Positions 38,892 to 44,649 of a DNA stretch of 44,649 nt are shown piece after piece. The notes under the pieces were generated by a model. It saw nothing but the letters and a program-made list of their open reading frames with translations. It had not been told where the DNA came from and made no database searches. This DNA comes from Candidatus Oleincola secundus. Lineage in GTDB: Bacteria > Atribacterota > Phoenicimicrobiia > Phoenicimicrobiales > Stramentimicrobiaceae. The translations under genes and the position numbers were made by a program. The DNA lies in NCBI GenBank assembly GCA_018400815.1, contig JAGYLS010000006.1:1-44649 (forward strand), read 5' to 3'. Positions within the stretch are counted from its first letter, which is position 1; every line of letters starts with the position of its first letter.

Positions 38892-39207
38892 TATAGCACT
38901 AATCGGAGAGAAAGAAGTTATTATCGGTTTTAGCTTAATTGGATTACAATTGTTTCCAGTAACTGATTCCGAAGGAGCGATAAAAGCATTAAGGGATTGC
39001 GATAGAAATAACTATTCAATTACTTTTATTACTAACGATATTGCTCAAAAAATATTTGAAAAAATTGTAGAATATCAAAAACTATCAACAATGACTATAT
39101 GTATACTTCCCAATCGTACGAAAGAAACTACTCTTAGTTTAGACATTTTAAGAAAAAATGTTGAAAAAGCGGTGGGTACAGATATTTTGTTTAGAAAAGA
39201 GGGATAA
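38884..39207 (+). CDS. ntpG: V/A-type ATPase subunit F (NtpG in Enterococcus naming)
   Basis: IALIGEKEVIIGFSLIG, ILP, VEKAVGTDIL. Confidence 0.9.
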   Translation: MSNIALIGEKEVIIGFSLIGLQLFPVTDSEGAIKALRDCDRNNYSITFITNDIAQKIFEKIVEYQKLSTMTICILPNRTKETTLSLDILRKNVEKAVGTDILFRKEG

Positions 39208-39208
39208 T

Positions 39209-40990
39209 ATGCAACAAAATACAGGCAAGATTGTTAAAGTTTCAGGACCGGTTGTAATTGCAGGTGGATTAAAAGGGGCCAAAATGTATGATGTGGTAAA
39301 AGTTAGTGAAGGTAAGCTTATTGGTGAGATAATCGAATTAAACGAAGATAGAGCCACTATTCAGGTTTATGAAGAGACTTCTGGTATTGGACCAGGGGAA
39401 CCTGTTTATACTACTGATTTACCATTAAGTGTTGAATTAGGACCCGGTCTGATTAAATCAATTTATGATGGAATTCAAAGACCTTTAGATATAATATTTA
39501 AAAATGAAGGTGCTTTTATCACCAGAGGAGTAGAAGCTGAGAGTTTAAATAAAACAAAAAAGTGGGACTTTAAACCATCTAAAAAAAAGGGAGAAGAAGT
39601 TAGTTCTGGTGACTGGTTGGGAATAGTTCAAGAAACTTCAATTGTTGAACATCGTATAATGGTTCCGATTGGACTTCAGGGAACAATAGAAAGCATTAAC
39701 GAAGGAAGTTTTAAGGTTACGGACACTATTGCTAAGATCAAAGATAAGTCCGGTAAGATTCATGATGTTCAAATGTTACAAAAATGGCCAGTCAGAAAAA
39801 TGCGGCCATATCAAGAAAAAATGCCCCCTAACGAACCTCTGATTACAGGACAAAGGGTCATTGATACATTGTTCACTATTGCAAAAGGTGGTACAGCCTG
39901 TATTCCCGGACCCTTCGGTAGTGGTAAAACCGTAGTACAACATCAACTTTCCAAATGGTGTAATGCAGAAATTATTGTTTTTATTGGTTGCGGGGAAAGA
40001 GGGAATGAGATGACAGACGTTTTACTTGAATTTCCTGAATTAATTGATCCCAACTCAGGAAAGCCATTAATGGAAAGAACTGTATTAATTGCCAATACTT
40101 CTAATATGCCTGTGGCGGCGAGGGAAGCATCCGTCTATACAGGAATAACAATTGCAGAATATTATCGAGATATGGGATACAATGTTGCTCTAATGGCTGA
40201 CTCAACCTCAAGATGGGCTGAGGCAATGCGAGAAATATCTGGTAGGTTGGAAGAAATGCCTGGCGAAGAAGGGTATCCGGCATATTTAGGGACAAAAATT
40301 GCTAGCTTCTATGAAAGATCAGGTAGAGTAAAATGTTTATCCTCTAAAGAACAAGAAGCAACTATTAGTGTAATCGGAGCTGTATCTCCACCTGGTGGAG
40401 ATTTATCTGAACCGGTTACTCAAAATACTTTACGTACTGTGCAAGTCTATTGGAGTTTGCAAGATAAATTAGCCTATAAAAGACATTTTCCTGCAATCGA
40501 TTGGTTAAAGAGCTATTCTTTGTATCTGGATCAGTTAAGCAATTTTTTTAAAGATGAAATCAACAAGGATTTCATTAATACCAGGATTGCATCAATGAGC
40601 ATTCTTCAGGAAGAATCAGAATTAGAGGAAACTGTTCGGCTAGTGGGTATTGATGCATTATCAAAAATCGAACGTTTGACTTTGGACACTGCTCGTTCAA
40701 TCAGGGAAGATTTCTTACATCAAAATGCCTTTGACGAAATTGATACCTATACTTCTATGAAAAAGCAATATTTAATGTTGAAGTTAATTATTTTATTTCA
40801 TAAAAAAGCAAAAAAAGCCATCACAGAAGAAGATATTTCTAATGAACAATTAAATCAATTATCAGTAAGAAATAAGATTATAAGATCTAAATTTATACCG
40901 GAAGATAATTTAGATGAATTCCAAAAATAAAAATGAAATAGAAAAGAAATCGAATCCCTCACATCCAATAAAGTCGGAAAGGATGAATGA
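39209..40990 (+). CDS. ntpA: V/A-type ATPase catalytic subunit A (last about 20 codons broken by homopolymer deletions)
   Basis: ATG 39209 after [37 protein letters not shown]; restoring three A's gives ...[24 protein letters not shown]. Confidence 0.95.
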
Positions 40991-40992
40991 TT

Positions 40993-42420
40993 ATGATTAA
41001 AGAATATTCAACCATTACAGAAGTTAATGGTCCTCTAATCATTGTTAATAAAATAGTAAATGTTAAATATGATGAATTAGTGGAAATAGAATTATCAGAC
41101 GGAGAAAAAGAAGAGGCCAAGTCTTGGAAGTTTCCGAGGATAAGGCAATTGTCCAAATGTTTGAGGGAACTACAGGAATTGACATATCTAATACTAAAGT
41201 ACGTTTTTGGGTAGAGTTCTTGAAATACCCGTATCTACTGATATGTTAGGTAGAATTTTGATGGATCCGGGAGACCGATTGATAAAGGTCCTAAAATTAT
41301 TCCTGAAAAGAGATTGGACATTAATGGTAGTCCTTTAAATCCTTATGCCAGAGATTACCCTAATGATTTTATACAAACAGGAATCTCCTCTATTGATGTT
41401 CTGAATACATTAGTTAGAGGACAGAAACTACCTATATTTTCTGGTTCCGGACTTCCCCATGCCAAAGTTGCCTCACAGATTGCCCGTCAGGCTAAGGTAT
41501 TGGGGAAAGAAGAAAGTTTTTCAGTAGTATTTGCAGCTATGGGGATAACCTTTGAAGAAGCTAATTTTTTTATAACTGATTTTAGAAGAACCGGAGCCAT
41601 TGAAAAAAGTGTAATGTATATTAACTTAGCAAATGATCCGGCAATAGAAAGACTTATTACCCCAAAGATGGCTCTCACAACTGCAGAATACCTTGCATTT
41701 GAAAAAGACATGCATGTGCTGGTAATATTGACAGATATGACCAATTACTGTGAAGCTTTAAGGGAGGTTTCTGCTGCACGCAAAGAAATTCCCGGAAGAA
41801 GAGGATATCCCGGTTATCTTTATACAGACCTGGCAACACTTTATGAAAGAGCAGGGCGCATAAAAGATAAAAAGGGTTCCATTACAATGGTACCAATACT
41901 CAGTATGCCTGAAGACGATAAAACACACCCTATCCCTGATTTAACCGGCTATATTACCGAAGGTCAGATTATATTGGCTCGTGAATTACATTTAAAAGGG
42001 ATTTATCCCCCCATAAATGTTTTACCATCCTTATCCCGTTTGAAGGATAAGGGGATTGGTAAAGAAAAAACCAGAGAGGATCATTCAAATGTTATGAATC
42101 AGCTTTTTGCCTCTTACGCCCGCGGTAAAGAATCCAAAGAACTAGCCACCATATTAGGGGAAGCTGCTTTATCGGAAGAAGATAAAAAATATGTAAAATT
42201 CTCTGATAAATTTGAGGAAATATTTGTTCAACAGGGAGAAGATGAAAATCGTGATATTGAAAAAAGTTTGGGCATTGGATGGGAAGCTTTGGCAATGTTA
42301 CCGGTAAACGAATTAAAACGTATAAAAGATGAATATATTAAAAAATATTTACCAAAGTCATCGAAAAATGATGACAATAATGAAGATAATGATAATAAAA
42401 ATGAGGAAGACAAAGAATAA
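40993..42420 (+). CDS. ntpB: V/A-type ATPase subunit B (three single-base homopolymer deletions near the 5' end)
   Basis: [15 protein letters not shown]...(R)RGQVLEV...[50 protein letters not shown]. Confidence 0.95.
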
Positions 42421-42461
42421 AACACCGATTAATATGCTTATTTAATAAGGAGTATTTAAGA

Positions 42462-43082
42462 ATGATATTAGCAGTTAACCCTAATCGGATGGAATTATTA
42501 AGATTAAAAAGAAGATTAACCCTGGCTAGAAGAGGTTATAAACTGTTAAAAGATAAAAGAGACGCCCTTATTCAAAAGTTCATTCAGCTTGTACATGAAA
42601 ATAGGAATATAAGAGAAGAATTTGAGAAAAAAATGAGGGAGTGTATGAATAGTTTTCTGATTGCCAGTCTTGCTATGGGTTATAATGATTTAGATTCAAT
42701 ATTTTCATTTCCCAAGAGAAATATAAATGTAAAAACAACTTATCAAAATGTGATGAGTGTCCAGGTTCCTCGTTATAAAATTATCGAGGAAGGGAATCTT
42801 TATACTTATGGTATGAAAAATACAAGTCCGGAATTAGACAATGCAATAAAAAAATATAAACAAATTATTCCATTAATGGTTAAGATGGCAGAATTAGATA
42901 AGGCTATTGTGCTCCTAACAGAAGAAATTGAAAAAACCAGGAGAAGGGTTAATGCATTAGAGTATGTAATGATACCGAATTTGGAAGATACTATTAAGTT
43001 CATCACCATGAAGTTGGATGAAATGGCAAGGTCAAGTAATTCTGCTCTAATGCGTATTAAAGAAATTATTCGTGGTGAATAA
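42462..43082 (+). CDS. ntpD: V/A-type ATPase subunit D
   Basis: NPNRMELLRLK...ARRGYKLLKDKRD, EIEKTRRRVNALE. Confidence 0.96.
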   Translation: MILAVNPNRMELLRLKRRLTLARRGYKLLKDKRDALIQKFIQLVHENRNIREEFEKKMRECMNSFLIASLAMGYNDLDSIFSFPKRNINVKTTYQNVMSVQVPRYKIIEEGNLYTYGMKNTSPELDNAIKKYKQIIPLMVKMAELDKAIVLLTEEIEKTRRRVNALEYVMIPNLEDTIKFITMKLDEMARSSNSALMRIKEIIRGE

Positions 43083-43300
43083 TATTCATCATATTCGATA
43101 TTTGGTAATTTTTTCTCAATTTCTACAAACTAAGCATAGTAAATATATAATTACCCACATAATATTTATGATTGGTGTATTTTTAGTGCTAATCCCCCTT
43201 CTTGATGTAATAAATATTATTACAATTAATATTTCTTTACTAAATTCTTGTAATGTTATAGAAATATAACCTAAAATAATGATATTATATGTTAGTGAAT

Positions 43301-43374
43301 GTGCCCGTGGCTTAAATGGATAAAGCGACGGCCTCCGGAGCCGTAGATTGGAGGTTCAAGTCCTCTCGGGCACA
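43301..43374 (+). tRNA. tRNA-Arg(CCG)
   Basis: Acceptor GTGCCCG/CGGGCAC+A, D stem GCTT/AAGC, anticodon arm ACGGC-CTCCGGA-GCCGT, T loop GGTTCAAGTCC; followed by CCT rather than CCA. Confidence 0.95.
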
Positions 43375-43422
43375 CCTATTATTGTAAAATTGAAATAAGA
43401 TCATTAATAATAACAAATAGTA

Positions 43423-44052
43423 GTGTGTAAAATGTTTTATAAAGTAGTACGATTCATGGGTTATGTCTTGACTCTTTTATTCTGGCCAATCAAGACAAAA
43501 GGGCAAAATAATTTAATTAAAGAAAGTTCTTTAATATTGGCTGCTAATCATGTTAGTTATTTAGATCCTATTGTATTGGGGGTTGCAATTAGAAGACAAA
43601 TTTATTTTATTGCCAAAAAAGAGGTATTTAATATTCCTATTTTGGGTTTTATTATTAGATCCCTAGGTGCAATTCCTGTTGATAGAAAAAAAGCAAATCC
43701 AGTCTCAATAAAAAAAACTTTTTTAGTTTTAAAAAAGGGCAATATTTTGGGCATCTTCCCCGAGGGAACTCGTTCTCTGAATGGAGAACTTTTAGAGTTT
43801 AATATTGGTTTAATCAAAATAGCTTTGAAAACAAACTCACCAATCATTCCTGTAGGGATTAATGGTACATTTTCTATTTACCCTCCTAAAGCGAAACTTC
43901 CATCCTTTTTTAAAAGAAAAAATATTTACATTAACTTTGGTGAACCGATTCATCTTGATAATACAAGAGAAAAAGATATAAAATATCAAAAAGAATCTTT
44001 GTTATTAATAAAAGAAAAAATAAATGAACTGGCTAGTATAGCAAACAAATAA
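43423..44052 (+). CDS. plsC: 1-acyl-sn-glycerol-3-phosphate acyltransferase (start GTG 43423 or ATG 43432)
   Basis: NHVSYLD (HX4D), FIAKKE, IFPEGTRS, PIIPVGI. Confidence 0.9.
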   Translation: MCKMFYKVVRFMGYVLTLLFWPIKTKGQNNLIKESSLILAANHVSYLDPIVLGVAIRRQIYFIAKKEVFNIPILGFIIRSLGAIPVDRKKANPVSIKKTFLVLKKGNILGIFPEGTRSLNGELLEFNIGLIKIALKTNSPIIPVGINGTFSIYPPKAKLPSFFKRKNIYINFGEPIHLDNTREKDIKYQKESLLLIKEKINELASIANK

Positions 44053-44091
44053 TACTATAATAAGCCTAAAATGATAGTGAGGTGAAGTTCT

Positions 44092-44649
44092 ATGCTTTCC
44101 ATGTTTAAAAGTAATAACACAAAATTAGTTTTTTTTGTAATTACTTTATTTTTAATGCTTAGCAACATTATTATAAGTGTTTATGCTATCAATAGTGACT
44201 ATGTTGTTGAAATGACCTTTGGAATATTTGGAAGCAGGGAAGGGGAATTTAATTATCCCGTTTGTATTGCCCTAGACCAAAATGACAATATATATGTAAC
44301 TGACTGGGAAAATGACCAGATACAAATCTTTAATAGCAATGGAGAATTGCTTCGGATTATTCCTGGTAAAAATAGTAATTTTCAGCTTGATGGTCCAGTA
44401 GGTATAGCGCTAGATGAGGATAATAATATTATTGTAGTAGAACAACACAACAACCGTTTACATAAAATATCCAATGACGGTAATTCAGTTCAAATATTTG
44501 GTCAGCAGGGAAGCAATCCCGGAGAATTCGACAACCCCAGGGGAATTGCGCTTGATGAAGACGGTAATATCTATGTTGTGGATACCGGTAATAATAGAGT
44601 ACAAGTATTATCTAAGGATTTTGATTTAGAATATATGTTTGGTAGAGAA
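44092..44649 (+). CDS. Secreted NHL-repeat beta-propeller protein, truncated by the window end (not in the ORF track)
   Basis: SD GAGGTGA; signal-like KLVFFVITLFLMLSNIIISVYA; NHL repeats GEFNYPVCIALDQNDNIYVTDWENDQIQIF, LDGPVGIALD, GEFDNPRGIALDEDGNIYVVDTGNNRVQV. Confidence 0.85.
   Translation, partial: MLSMFKSNNTKLVFFVITLFLMLSNIIISVYAINSDYVVEMTFGIFGSREGEFNYPVCIALDQNDNIYVTDWENDQIQIFNSNGELLRIIPGKNSNFQLDGPVGIALDEDNNIIVVEQHNNRLHKISNDGNSVQIFGQQGSNPGEFDNPRGIALDEDGNIYVVDTGNNRVQVLSKDFDLEYMFGRE

Noticed and set aside
42361..42420. Asn/Asp/Glu-rich NtpB tail as a tandem repeat locus
   Set aside because: Short low-complexity coding tail with no regular repeat unit.
43072..43269. 65-aa hydrophobic ORF after ntpD
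   Set aside because: It overlaps the ntpD stop, has no SD or motif, and its composition is what AT-rich intergenic DNA yields; it cannot be supported.

Overview
AT-rich bacterial chromosomal segment made almost entirely of housekeeping genes in a Firmicutes/Clostridia-like order, nearly all on the + strand. The taxon cannot be fixed from sequence alone; a low-GC anaerobe such as Atribacterota is possible but unverified. Gene order: rsmD-coaD><tmcAL<>pta-rpmF-fapR-acpP-rnc-smc-ftsY-ffh-rpsP-khpA-trmD-rplS-rnhB-yraN-comM-rpe-der-plsY-topA-xerC-hslVU-rpsB-tsf-pyrH-frr-uppS-cdsA-dxr-rseP-ispG-GT2, then a Na+-type V/A-ATPase operon (ntpFIKECGABD order), tRNA-Arg(CCG), plsC and a truncated secreted NHL-repeat protein. 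The main signal not explained by these genes is a dispersed family of six related ~120-260 nt non-coding elements (68-307, 1405-1528, 24639-24755, 33473-33720, ~33897-34065, 36439-36699). They have hairpin ends, no terminal inverted repeats and no target duplication, and end in TTAC. They look like non-autonomous IS200/IS605-type (HUH/Y1) elements and show compensatory and G-T-preserving changes. One copy has rewritten the coaD C-terminus; another carries extra structured sequence just upstream of the ATPase rotor gene. Other oddities are probable ATT/ATA starts for ftsY and rnc, an SMC with degenerate hinge and signature motifs, and many genes missing from normally conserved clusters (plsX/fab, rimM, codY, dprA). 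Three indel-dense zones (frr/uppS, ntpF/ntpI, ntpA/ntpB junction) are most likely unpolished long-read errors rather than pseudogenes.
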